From NCBI GenBank assembly GCA_048937405.1, contig JBHLNF010000001.1:816785-880784 (forward strand): 64,000 nucleotides of DNA, read 5' to 3'. Below the pieces are notes generated by a model. That model had not been told where the DNA came from and ran no database searches. It worked only from the letters and a program-made list of their open reading frames with translations. The position numbers were made by a program, and so were the translations under genes. Positions 1-9,858 of the stretch are shown one piece after another; the stretch's first letter is position 1, and each line of letters opens with the position of its first letter. Source of the stretch: Promethearchaeota archaeon. Lineage in GTDB: Archaea; Asgardarchaeota; Lokiarchaeia; Sigyniarchaeales; SOKP01.

Positions 1-771
1 AGACTGACTTACTGTAGTAACCAAGTCACTGACAAACGCGCCAATCAACTCCACAGTAGGATGTTGATACCGCTCACTCATTCTTTCACAAATAGAGAAA
101 ATTTCATGAAATTTTAAAGTTTTAAGGCCTTCTTTTAAATGAATAGTAATAGGGGTGTGGTCTATTCCACATGTTCTAAAAAAATCAATTGGATATCTTG
201 GCCAAGTTAACAGATGGATTGTAATTAAAGATCCTACATCCAGTCCGTTTTTAGCTAATATTTGTTTTATTCCAATAAAAGCTATAACTGAATGATAATC
301 GTGTATGTGGATTATCTCAGGTATTTTTTCTCTTGAATTGTCAATTAAAAAATCAATATAACAACGCATCCCTATACTAAAAAGACATATCTTTCCGCTA
401 AGAGTATCTGGATTATAAACAATTTTATCATCAATAAATTTTGAAGTAAATGGATTTTCTCCACATAATATAATAATATTAACATTATTGATTCTCATCT
501 TATAAAAAGAAATATTATAGCTTGTTTCAGGATTATTTGTTCCAAATGGAGAAGGATTTATTTGTCCAACGCAATTAAATGGAAGTTTTTCTAATTGATG
601 GGATTTTCGTAACATTTCTAATTGACCATGTGAAGGAATGAATACAGTGATATCATAATCATTTGCTAAATGTTTAGTTTGGTTTGCAGGTACTTCTCCA
701 AGACCGCCTACTTTCGCAATTCCCGCATATTCAAAAGTAAAAATCCAAATATTCTGTTTTTCTTCTGTCAA
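1..771 (-). CDS. glgA: Glycogen/starch synthase (GT5/GT4), 3' end outside window
   Basis: Not in ORF track because it runs off the edge. TTG at 771 reads MTEEKQNIWIFTFEYAGIAKVGGLGEV (KxGGL ADP/UDP-glucose motif), later IIHIHDYH and VSDLVTTVSQS. Confidence 0.85.
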   Translation of the reverse strand, partial: MTEEKQNIWIFTFEYAGIAKVGGLGEVPANQTKHLANDYDITVFIPSHGQLEMLRKSHQLEKLPFNCVGQINPSPFGTNNPETSYNISFYKMRINNVNIIILCGENPFTSKFIDDKIVYNPDTLSGKICLFSIGMRCYIDFLIDNSREKIPEIIHIHDYHSVIAFIGIKQILAKNGLDVGSLITIHLLTWPRYPIDFFRTCGIDHTPITIHLKEGLKTLKFHEIFSICERMSERYQHPTVELIGAFVSDLVTTVSQS

Positions 772-1088
772 CTTAGTTCAAATATCAAATAAGATAGAAA
801 ATTATTTTAAATCCAAATCTTAAGAAATAATATAAAAATAACAAATTTTAATTCGTTAATTATTGAATTTTATTAAAATTTATCGAAAATGTATTTGATC
901 GGGCTAAGTACGACAAAATTAAGTTCCTTAAAGAAGACATAATCAGTATTGATGATCAAAGTTGTAGAATCGATTTTCCTCAGTCTAATACTAATCCTGC
1001 TTCTAAAAATTCATAAATTAATAATTTATTGTATTTTTATATTAACCAAAACTTCAAAATTATAAAAGCAAAATTATCAATAGAAATT

Positions 1089-2255
1089 ATGTGCGATACT
1101 CTTGTTGCTCTTGGAAATTCAACTGAAGATGGAAGTGTAATATTTGGTAAAAATTCAGATCGCCCTTTTAATGAAATACAATTAATAACTTATTCTCCTA
1201 AAATGAACTTTTTAAAAAAAATTCCTCTTCAATGTACTTATATTTCTATTCCACAAGTTAGTGAAACAGCAGCAATTATATTAAGTCAACCCTACTGGAT
1301 GTGGGGTGCAGAAATGGGTACTAATGAGTATAATGTTGTAATTGGAAATGAAGCTGTGTATACTCATGAACCTTTAAGAAATAGTGGTCTATTGGGTATG
1401 GATTTATTAAGATTAGGTCTTGAGAGAGGCAAAACAGCTAAAGAAGCAATGAACATAATTATTGATTTACTAGGAACATTTGGACAAGGAGGTGGTTGTG
1501 CTTACAACGATCCAAGTTGGAAGTACCATAACTCATTCATAATTGCAGATCCAAAAGAAGCATATGTATTAGAAACAGCGGATGAATGGTGGATAGTAGA
1601 AAAAGTTAAAAATGTTAGATCTATCTCAAACGGAATAACTATTAGGGGAAAGGGTGATTTTCGAAAGAAGGGAATAATTCAGCATGCGATTGATAAAGGT
1701 TATTGTAAAGATGATAATGATTTTGATTTCGCAGTGACATTTTCAGGATCTCCTCCTTCCTCAACTCCATCACCTTATTCAAGAGAAGGAAAATCTAAGC
1801 TTTTACTACGCGAGAACAAAAATAAAATAACTCCTAAATTGATGATGGAATTTTTGAGAGATCATCAAGCAGGAATATGTATGCATGGTGGATTTGAATC
1901 TACGGGATCTCAAGTTTCACACTTAAGAGACGGAAAGAATTCAATTCACTGGTTTACAGGAACGACTCTTCCATGTATTAGTCTTTATAAACCTTATACT
2001 TTTCCAATTGAAGGTCTAAAATATTATAATCCTGGACCCTATCAAATGATAAATTATGATTGGTTTTGGTGTAAACATACAAAATCAAAACCTATTGATA
2101 AGAAAATTTTTCTAAAAGATATAGAACATTCTATTATCTCCAAAATTGATGACCTAATTAATCAAGAAAATGAAATAACTAAGAAAAAATTCCAGGAAAA
2201 ATTAAAAGCTATTAATTTAGAGGCTTGGAATAAATCATATGAAATGATAAAATAG
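1089..2255 (+). CDS. Secernin/dipeptidase, peptidase family C69
   Basis: ATG 1089 gives MCDTLVA (N-terminal Cys nucleophile); FGKNSDR, WGAEMG.NE and LLGMDLLRLGLER motifs. Confidence 0.88.
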   Translation: MCDTLVALGNSTEDGSVIFGKNSDRPFNEIQLITYSPKMNFLKKIPLQCTYISIPQVSETAAIILSQPYWMWGAEMGTNEYNVVIGNEAVYTHEPLRNSGLLGMDLLRLGLERGKTAKEAMNIIIDLLGTFGQGGGCAYNDPSWKYHNSFIIADPKEAYVLETADEWWIVEKVKNVRSISNGITIRGKGDFRKKGIIQHAIDKGYCKDDNDFDFAVTFSGSPPSSTPSPYSREGKSKLLLRENKNKITPKLMMEFLRDHQAGICMHGGFESTGSQVSHLRDGKNSIHWFTGTTLPCISLYKPYTFPIEGLKYYNPGPYQMINYDWFWCKHTKSKPIDKKIFLKDIEHSIISKIDDLINQENEITKKKFQEKLKAINLEAWNKSYEMIK

Positions 2256-2514
2256 GATATTTTTAAAATCAATAATTTTCATTTCATTAGTAAATCCCAT
2301 TATCATTATTTCAGTATAATATCCACAAAAAGATTTTAAACAAGTATTTAGTATGTTTCCGCTTCTCAAAGATTGTATCAATTTGATATGTACCCAATTT
2401 GTCAATTAATAGTAATTATAATTTTATTAAAAGAAAAATATTTGAAAAAACTTAATAGTTTTGAAATATTTCAGAGATAATAGATTGATGTAATGATTAA
2501 ACAGGTTTTACTTA

Positions 2515-2808
2515 ATGTCTTTAAATAAATTAAACATGCTCGGAATGGAAGGTGTGATCTCAAACTATAAAGGAGGTCGCCACACAATACATCAGAAACA
2601 TTGCATATTAGTATTCCCTAATATAAAAACAAGAAATGATGCTAATAAACTTATTGGAAGAATTGTTGTTTGGAATAGCCCTACTGGTAAAGAATTAAAG
2701 GGTGTTATAACTCGAGCTCACGGAAACAATGGAGCTGTAAGAGCTCATTTCAAGAAAGCAGGTTTACCCGGTCAAGCCTTAGGAAAAAAAATAAAAATAA
2801 TTAGGTAA
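2515..2808 (+). CDS. rpl35ae: 50S ribosomal protein L35Ae (eL33)
   Basis: GVITRAHGNNGAVRAHF...LPGQALG signature. Confidence 0.95.
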   Translation: MSLNKLNMLGMEGVISNYKGGRHTIHQKHCILVFPNIKTRNDANKLIGRIVVWNSPTGKELKGVITRAHGNNGAVRAHFKKAGLPGQALGKKIKIIR

Positions 2809-2967
2809 TAATTAATCAATCAGATCTTATTTTTCTCTAACTATATCTGGATATTATATGATACTAGAATATTATAGCTTTTTTTATGTTTTGCATTTTG
2901 TTATTCATCTGATAAAGCGATTTTAAAGGTAAGTTTTACCATATTTGGTTGGGTTTAAGTATTAAAA

Positions 2968-4956
2968 ATGTCAGAACAAGTGTGTAGATTTTGTCACAGA
3001 TACGTAAAGTTAGCTTATTATTGTGAAGAGTGTGGCTCTAGTTGTTGTTCTGAATGTCTTCATGAAAAAAAAGTAGAGTTCTATATTTGTCAAGATTGTA
3101 AATCTAAAAATATCAAAATTTCAGAGTCTGAAAATAAGAAAAGTTGTAATGATTGTGGGAATGAAAATATCACTAAAACAAACCAACTGTTAAAATCTTG
3201 CCCAAAATGTGATTCTCATCAAATTATTAATATTTATGAGAAAAAAGAAGAATTGGAAAAGAATTTTTTAGAATTAATAAAAAACTCTCGTTTATTTATT
3301 CAACCTTTGAAAGAAATACTTGAAAAATTATATCAATATCAATCCAAATTTAAGGAAATAAGAGATCCACCTAATAAGTATTATCATTTTCCTCAAATGG
3401 AATCAGATTTATTAGCTCTGTTCAAGTTATTTCTTTATATAAGGAACACCTTATTTGAAAAAGTTAATGTTCATTTTTATCAACTAAATCAAAATAAGGA
3501 ATATTTTTTTGATATTTACCCTCAACCAAATTCGAATATAGTGATCATAGAAGGCATATTTGAAAATTTGTCAAGAAGTTATAATACTATTGAAGAGTTT
3601 ATTAAAAAAAATTTAAGTACTTTTAACGATAGTTTTGAAACTTTCGAAAAAAACTTACAATTTATTGGAAAAGTAAATTTTTATTTCTCTGAATTCAAAA
3701 AATTTTTACGACTTGCGGATGGAGAAAAACCTGTTTATGCAATATTTGCTAAATTAACTAATGGACTAAATACTCAAGAAAAATTTAAGAAAGATAAAGG
3801 GATTTTGTTTATTACCAATTACGATTTATCATTTGTTCATGAACATGGTGTAGTTAAAAAAAAGAAAGAATTAATATTCAAAGCCCCAGTTAAAGATTTA
3901 ACTAGAATAAAGGAAAAAGGTAAACTCTTCAAAAAATTATATATTGAATTCTCTTATGGGAAGTATGAATTTACACTACCTCCTAAATCAATTTCTAGAG
4001 TGGTCGAATACATTTTATTAGCGAGATCTTTCGATGAAACAACGATCTATGATGAAAAAAGTGCCAAAAGACTTCTACAAATTGATTTGGATTTAAATGA
4101 GTTATTAAATTTCATTGAAGAAAGCATTAATTCGTTTTTCAGTATTAAATGTCAATATAATAAAAATTATGAGAATTCATATGTTAATCATAAAGAATTG
4201 TTACCTCCATTTGGTATACAACCCACTTTAATGTCTAATATCGCTTCTCCTCCTTCAAATCAATATATGCATCATCATCCCCAAAATAACGCTCAACCTT
4301 GGTTTAATTCTCCTGGTAATTTTAGTTACTATAAAAAGAATAGTAATTCACCATATTATCCCCCTAACATTATTCAATCACCTCACATAATTAATAATCC
4401 AGAAAGACAAACCCATACTGAAAATAACATCTATTCACCAAATATGTACAACCCAATTTACTATCAAAATCATAATCCTCAATCATTAATTCCTGAAAAT
4501 GAATTATACAATAGCCTAAATCAACCAATACAAAATCAAAGAAGAAATAATAATAGTGATCCTTATAATCAAAATAATTATGTCTTAAAAAATGGCGTAT
4601 CATTTCAGGATTATAATAGAAATCATTTATCAGATATGTTCGATCCAGATTATAGTCAACGAGATAGTTCTTATCGATACAAACGTAAATTATTTAAGAT
4701 AGATAAAGAAAAACATGAAAAGATGTTAGAATTAGATAAAGATAGATATAGTCTAAAGGAAACTCTAAAAAAGTTAGATGCGAAATTCGATCAAGGTATT
4801 ATCTCTGAAGTGGATTATTTTAGAACCTTTAAGAATCTACAAAAAGAAATTTACCTAATTGAAAAAAAAATACAAACACTTCAAAATAATCTCGAGGAAA
4901 TCGAAGAAATTAAAAGAAACAGTAGAAATTTTGATAAAAAAAGATATTTTTCATAG
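2968..4956 (+). CDS. Multidomain protein: FYVE-like Cys cluster, coiled coil, PH/GRAM-like domain, N/P/Q-rich linker, C-terminal Vps23 steadiness-box-like hairpin (ESCRT-I-related)
   Basis: Six CxxC pairs at the N-terminus; GILFITNYDLSFVH beta segment; C-terminal SLKETLKKLDAKFDQGIISEVDYFRTFKNLQKE; snf7 about 1.7 kb downstream. Confidence 0.6.
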   Translation: MSEQVCRFCHRYVKLAYYCEECGSSCCSECLHEKKVEFYICQDCKSKNIKISESENKKSCNDCGNENITKTNQLLKSCPKCDSHQIINIYEKKEELEKNFLELIKNSRLFIQPLKEILEKLYQYQSKFKEIRDPPNKYYHFPQMESDLLALFKLFLYIRNTLFEKVNVHFYQLNQNKEYFFDIYPQPNSNIVIIEGIFENLSRSYNTIEEFIKKNLSTFNDSFETFEKNLQFIGKVNFYFSEFKKFLRLADGEKPVYAIFAKLTNGLNTQEKFKKDKGILFITNYDLSFVHEHGVVKKKKELIFKAPVKDLTRIKEKGKLFKKLYIEFSYGKYEFTLPPKSISRVVEYILLARSFDETTIYDEKSAKRLLQIDLDLNELLNFIEESINSFFSIKCQYNKNYENSYVNHKELLPPFGIQPTLMSNIASPPSNQYMHHHPQNNAQPWFNSPGNFSYYKKNSNSPYYPPNIIQSPHIINNPERQTHTENNIYSPNMYNPIYYQNHNPQSLIPENELYNSLNQPIQNQRRNNNSDPYNQNNYVLKNGVSFQDYNRNHLSDMFDPDYSQRDSSYRYKRKLFKIDKEKHEKMLELDKDRYSLKETLKKLDAKFDQGIISEVDYFRTFKNLQKEIYLIEKKIQTLQNNLEEIEEIKRNSRNFDKKRYFS

Positions 4957-5036
4957 AATATTCTTTTGATTTTTTATGCAGGATTTGCATATTTCATATA
5001 TCTTATATTTATATTTTTTTCCCTTCTTTATATCTT

Positions 5037-6059
5037 ATGGAAAAAGAAGATACTCCATTCACGACAGTCGTAGGTAGTTGGCCTTTAGAGCATAATGAAA
5101 AAAATATGTTAAAGGTTTTCACTGATCTAATTCAAATTGGTATTGATTATCCATGCTACCCTCAATTTATAGATATGAATTATCAGTTCTTATCTCCTTT
5201 ATCCAAAAAAGTTCAAAATTTAGAAGAAATTGATAAAAAATTTTATTTACATGGAGATTTTAAAATACCAAAACAACCTATAGCTCTAGAATATGGAGAA
5301 TTTATGATTAAATTTTTTAAAGATCATCCAACTCTTAAAGAATTAATTAAGGGTACGAAAGCTTGTTTAACTGGACCTTTCACTTTATCATTTGAAACAA
5401 TATTAAAGAATGATATAGCAAAAGGTTTAAAACCTAGAATCTTTGAAGAACCAAGAGCTGTTATGGTAGATTGGATAGTTGATAAATATGCTGAAATTGT
5501 GAAACAATTAGGGTCAGCTTATAATGATATGGGAATAGATATAATTTCTTGCGATGAACCAATTCTTGGACTATTAGTAGGAAAGAAAATTCTTTTCCAC
5601 TCAGAAGATTTCATCATTAATACTATTAATAAAGCAATATCAGGAATAAAAGGTTTATCTTCTCTTCATGTGTGTGGAACTATTAGTCCAAATTTGCGAG
5701 ATCTTCTCTTAAAAACAAATGTTAAGATTTTAGACCATGAATTCAGTACAAATGAACAGAACTTTAAAATCTTTGAAAGAAAACATTTTCAAGAAACAGG
5801 GAAACTTTTAGCACTAGGAACTGTTGAATCGAAATTTGTTCCTATTAAAGATAAGTCAATCGATGATTACGTGGAAAATGTTGATCAACTTAAGACATAT
5901 ATAAAGAAAGGTATTGAACAATATGGTAAAGAAAATTTAATCATAAAACCTGATTGTGGTTTCTATCCCTTAAGGGTTTTCGGAGAGAAAGATGGTTATG
6001 AAATTGCAATAAAAAAAGTTAAAAATTTAGTTCTTGCATTAAAAGAATTGAAAAATTAG
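5037..6059 (+). CDS. Cobalamin-independent methionine synthase, catalytic-domain-only (core MetE-like)
   Basis: TTVVGSWP start, LTGPFTL, DEP, and Zn ligands in HVC, DHEF and PDCG. Confidence 0.75.
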   Translation: MEKEDTPFTTVVGSWPLEHNEKNMLKVFTDLIQIGIDYPCYPQFIDMNYQFLSPLSKKVQNLEEIDKKFYLHGDFKIPKQPIALEYGEFMIKFFKDHPTLKELIKGTKACLTGPFTLSFETILKNDIAKGLKPRIFEEPRAVMVDWIVDKYAEIVKQLGSAYNDMGIDIISCDEPILGLLVGKKILFHSEDFIINTINKAISGIKGLSSLHVCGTISPNLRDLLLKTNVKILDHEFSTNEQNFKIFERKHFQETGKLLALGTVESKFVPIKDKSIDDYVENVDQLKTYIKKGIEQYGKENLIIKPDCGFYPLRVFGEKDGYEIAIKKVKNLVLALKELKN

Positions 6060-6061
6060 GT

Positions 6062-6550
6062 TTATTTTAATATCCTCTCCATAAAGCAAACTGTAAAAGG
6101 TAAATGATTAAATTTCTTTAATTCTGTCTCAAAAAATCCATTATTAATATAATAATCTTTTAAAATGATATTATCATTTATTATCCCTATTGAAACTTTG
6201 TTTCCATTGTTTTTTCTAACGTAATTAAAAACAAAATCCATTAATTCTTTTCCATATCCATTATGTCTAAATTGTGGTAGTACACATAATTTCTCCATAT
6301 AATATAATGCATTATTTGCTTCTTCTATGGCAACAAATCCTATTTGCTTTTTATTATTTTTATTGAAAAACCCATACAGTTTTACACCATTATCTTTCAA
6401 TTCTTTTAATTTATCAAAAGTTATAAAAGCGGGATTTGTAGGAGCATTTTCTTTATTTAAATTGAAATCATGTGTTACTGTAAGAAAGGAAGTTCTTATC
6501 ACTTGTGCACTTTCTAAAAGCTGTTTCTTACTTTTTATTTTTTTTATCAT
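6062..6550 (-). CDS. GNAT family N-acetyltransferase
   Basis: LCVLPQFRHNGYGKELM acetyl-CoA motif A; YINNGF. Confidence 0.88.
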   Translation of the reverse strand: MIKKIKSKKQLLESAQVIRTSFLTVTHDFNLNKENAPTNPAFITFDKLKELKDNGVKLYGFFNKNNKKQIGFVAIEEANNALYYMEKLCVLPQFRHNGYGKELMDFVFNYVRKNNGNKVSIGIINDNIILKDYYINNGFFETELKKFNHLPFTVCFMERILK

Positions 6551-6672
6551 CTACTTTTCTCAATACTACTAAAAATAAGCATTATTCATATAATTAAAAA
6601 ATAGAATGTAGAATCTAACAATTGTTTCTAAAATCAATTCTTTCTAAAAAGAAAATGATGAACAAGAAAGAA

Positions 6673-7323
6673 TTATCCTTCCAATTCTTTTCTCAATTTC
6701 TCAATTTCGTCTTTTAACTTATCTTTTGATTTAACTTCAGCTTCCTCTTCAAGTTCATCGAACTCAGGAATATATTGTAAATCATCAGAAGGAATTTCGG
6801 GCATCGTTCCTCCTTGATCAAGCAACATTTCTGTTTCGAGCTGATTCAATTCATCTGTAACATCAATAGCAAGATCAATTTCCGGATCTCCCCCTAAAAT
6901 ATCTGCTGCTTCCTCGATTTCAGAAACATATGCTTCAGAATCCTCGGCAATTTCGGCCACCTTTGTAGGAGATGCTTTTGTAGCAATATATTCCAACTCA
7001 TCCCTAATTCCGCCCATCACATCTCCAGTCTGAGAGATCAGCATTCCTTCTTCTATTGCTTGAATTTGTCTTTCTATTTTTAATCTTATATTATTAGATC
7101 GGTCAACTTTTGCTTGATATGCCTTATATTGCACCAGATAACTTTTAGCACGATCTTTTTCTCCTCGTTTTAATGCGATTTTTGCATTCTTTCTGCTTAT
7201 CTCAGCTCGTTTAGTGTAATTTTTATTCATCATATTTAATCTATGAATATGACCTTTCGCTTTTGCTACTAAATCATCCTTTTCTTTACCTTTACGAGGG
7301 AAAAGTTTCTTTTTTAGACCCAT
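6673..7323 (-). CDS. Snf7-family ESCRT-III protein (Vps20/32/60-like)
   Basis: MGLKKKLF amphipathic start, basic helical hairpin (AKIALKRGEKDRAKSYL), acidic C-terminal half, DELNQLE and MIM2-like MPEIPSDDL. Confidence 0.85.
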   Translation of the reverse strand: MGLKKKLFPRKGKEKDDLVAKAKGHIHRLNMMNKNYTKRAEISRKNAKIALKRGEKDRAKSYLVQYKAYQAKVDRSNNIRLKIERQIQAIEEGMLISQTGDVMGGIRDELEYIATKASPTKVAEIAEDSEAYVSEIEEAADILGGDPEIDLAIDVTDELNQLETEMLLDQGGTMPEIPSDDLQYIPEFDELEEEAEVKSKDKLKDEIEKLRKELEG

Positions 7324-7474
7324 TTCAAGATTACTCCTTTTAGAGTTTTAATTTAATTTTATCTGATTTATGAATTATATGATTTTTCTGACTTAAAAAT
7401 TTAATATTGTTTACTATAATATTATAAAATAGTTCATATCAAAAAAGTTTTCATAGACCAAAGTTTGATGCAAT

Positions 7475-8590
7475 ATGAAAAAAGTAATATTAGGTTTTGA
7501 AGCTATAAGAGATAATTTCAAGGAATTAGTTCAAGAAGCTTTTAATAAAAATATTTTAAATTTTTTAGTTTCTCAAGAGACTTTTCCTGATTTTGAGAAA
7601 ATTGAAAGGGTACAGCTCTATTCAAGAGATCTTAATATCCCTTCTACATATCTGGTTTTTGATGATAAAAAGCTATTTGAAGAAAAAATTGAAAAAGAAA
7701 AGATTATTCCTCAGAATTCTGGTCTTTTTATTGAATTAAAAAGAAAAGAAGATGAAAGAGAAATAATTGAAATTTCGAAGTCAGGAACTATAGATTTTAT
7801 AATAGTCTCGGCTAAAGATTGGAAGATAATACCTTTTGAAAATTTAATAGCAGAGATGCAAACAAACAACACAGAATTGATTGCGGCGGTTGAGTCAATA
7901 GAGGAAGCTAAATTACTACTAAAAACTCTAGAAATTGGGGTTGATGGTGTACTTATAACTCCTAAAAGCGTGGATGAAATTAATGAACTCAAAAATTTGA
8001 TTCATGATTCCTTTCAAATTGAACTTACTAAGGCTAAAGTAGTGAGTATTGAAAATATTTCTGAAGCAGAAAGAGTATGCGTTGATACGGCATCTCTTTT
8101 TAATATAGGAGAAGGACTTCTTGTTGGATCGACGGCAACTGGGTTCTGTTTGATTCATTCCGAGACATTTGAAACAGAATTTGTGGCATCTAGACCATTT
8201 CGTGTCAATGCGGGGGATGTATCTTCATATGTGTTGGTACCTAATGATGATCCAAAAAAAGTATATAGAACAAACTATTTAAGTGAATTAAAGGGAGGAA
8301 AGAAAGTTCTAGCAGTTTCCAATAAAGGAGAGGCTCGAATTATTTCTGTTGGGCGGGTAAAAATTGAAACACGTCCAATGCTCCGATTTGAATTAGAAGC
8401 AATGAAAGAAAGTAAGAAAATAACAATAAGCTGTATTTGCCAAAATGCTGAAACAATTCGTTTAGTTGATGTTGATGGGAAAGCGAAATCTGTAGTTGAT
8501 ATTAAAGTTGGTGATGAGGTGTTAGCCCATATTGGACCTGGAGCTACACATTTTGGGACAGCAGTAAAAGAAACTATCATAGAAAAATAA
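7475..8590 (+). CDS. aroB': 3-dehydroquinate synthase II (archaeal AroB')
   Basis: DWKIIPFENLIA, ERVCVDT, SRPFRVNAG, GRVKIETRP, QNAETIRL, ATHFG motifs. Confidence 0.93.
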   Translation: MKKVILGFEAIRDNFKELVQEAFNKNILNFLVSQETFPDFEKIERVQLYSRDLNIPSTYLVFDDKKLFEEKIEKEKIIPQNSGLFIELKRKEDEREIIEISKSGTIDFIIVSAKDWKIIPFENLIAEMQTNNTELIAAVESIEEAKLLLKTLEIGVDGVLITPKSVDEINELKNLIHDSFQIELTKAKVVSIENISEAERVCVDTASLFNIGEGLLVGSTATGFCLIHSETFETEFVASRPFRVNAGDVSSYVLVPNDDPKKVYRTNYLSELKGGKKVLAVSNKGEARIISVGRVKIETRPMLRFELEAMKESKKITISCICQNAETIRLVDVDGKAKSVVDIKVGDEVLAHIGPGATHFGTAVKETIIEK

Positions 8591-8614
8591 CATAATAAAA
8601 ATAAATAGTTAAAA

Positions 8615-9733
8615 CTAGACGTTAGCGTTTTTAAATAAAGGAATTATTTCTTCACTTATTATTCTTGAAGCATCCCAGTACGTGAACGGTGCATTTTTAC
8701 TAGAACTGCTGTTTGTAGACGAAAATACGAAGTAATTAGCACCATTTTCTACGAACTTACGAATTTTATTTATTATTTCATCTTTTGATCCAATCATCAC
8801 ACTTTCTCTTATTAAATCATCTGGAATTTCCCTAATAATCGGTTCTAATTTATTGAGATTAATTTTTTTCCTATCATTTCCGTCAATCTTTAGAATATTC
8901 AATTGCTCGCTTTTATGTCCAGTAGCCTCTAAATAGAGTTCTTCATACTCATCTCTCCAATATCCTAATTCTTTTATTCGACGTGGATTTAAAAGCAACC
9001 CGTACTTATTTCCATGTATTCTCCTGTTAATCAGTTTTTCATCATCATTAATAAATATGAATTGAAAAATACCAAATGAAAAATCCTTTAAGTTTCTTCC
9101 TTTATCTTTCATTACCTTAACAATCTCCTCTTTTTTATTTTTGTACGTTTTGGGATCAATTCCAGCAGGCATCCATCCATCAGCTACTTCACCAGTTAAC
9201 TGTAATGTTTTTGGACTATTGGCTCCTATCCAAATAGGAATTTTCGATATAGGTTTTGGAAGTAATATAGCATTATTTGCATAATAATGCTGTCCCTTAA
9301 ATGATTCAATTCCACCTTTATTCCAGTACGACTTCATCATACTTATGGATTCTCTCATTTTTGAAAGAGCATGGTCAGAGGGTATGCCGTAAGCTTTTAG
9401 ATTCATTGCTTCTCCAGCTCCAAATCCTAAAATAAAGTTACCACCTGTAAGATGATTAACCGAAGTGCACAATTGTGCTAGCACTGCGGGATGCATTCTA
9501 TGAGGATCCGTAACAGCTGTCCCAAAAGTTTTTCCTTCCACCAATTCAGTCATTGAGCCAAATAGTGACCAAGGGCTTAAAAAATCATTAATTAATGAAC
9601 CCTCCGTACCAGCAAGATGGTCGGGAAGCCATAGAGAATCCCAATTTTCTTTACTTGCAGTCAAGACTTTTTTTCGGAAAAAGTCATAAGAGTGAAGAAA
9701 AAACAATTGATGACCAAATTTTATTTCGGCCAT
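8615..9733 (-). CDS. LLM-class flavin/F420-dependent oxidoreductase
   Basis: SLWLPDH, GTAVTDPHRMHPAVLAQ, LGFGAGE, IPIWIGA, ADGW motifs. Confidence 0.88.
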   Translation of the reverse strand: MAEIKFGHQLFFLHSYDFFRKKVLTASKENWDSLWLPDHLAGTEGSLINDFLSPWSLFGSMTELVEGKTFGTAVTDPHRMHPAVLAQLCTSVNHLTGGNFILGFGAGEAMNLKAYGIPSDHALSKMRESISMMKSYWNKGGIESFKGQHYYANNAILLPKPISKIPIWIGANSPKTLQLTGEVADGWMPAGIDPKTYKNKKEEIVKVMKDKGRNLKDFSFGIFQFIFINDDEKLINRRIHGNKYGLLLNPRRIKELGYWRDEYEELYLEATGHKSEQLNILKIDGNDRKKINLNKLEPIIREIPDDLIRESVMIGSKDEIINKIRKFVENGANYFVFSSTNSSSSKNAPFTYWDASRIISEEIIPLFKNANV

Positions 9734-9858
9734 TTTATATCACGATAAATATAATTGAATAATTCAATAAAAAAATATTATTAAAATAAATCTAATTTTA
9801 ATTTAACTATAATTGAAATTTTAAAAGATATAATTTAAAGTTAGGGTTATTAATTAAA

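Noticed and set aside
880-1016. Open stretch FIENVFDRAKYDKIKFLKEDIISIDDQSCRIDF... between glgA and the C69 peptidase
   Set aside because: About 45 codons with no clear in-frame start or recognisable motif; cannot support a gene call.
4391-8580. Antisense ORFs 4391-4603, 6327-6572, 7711-7992, 7928-8158, 8275-8580
   Set aside because: They lie opposite well-supported genes and show no motifs; shadow ORFs.
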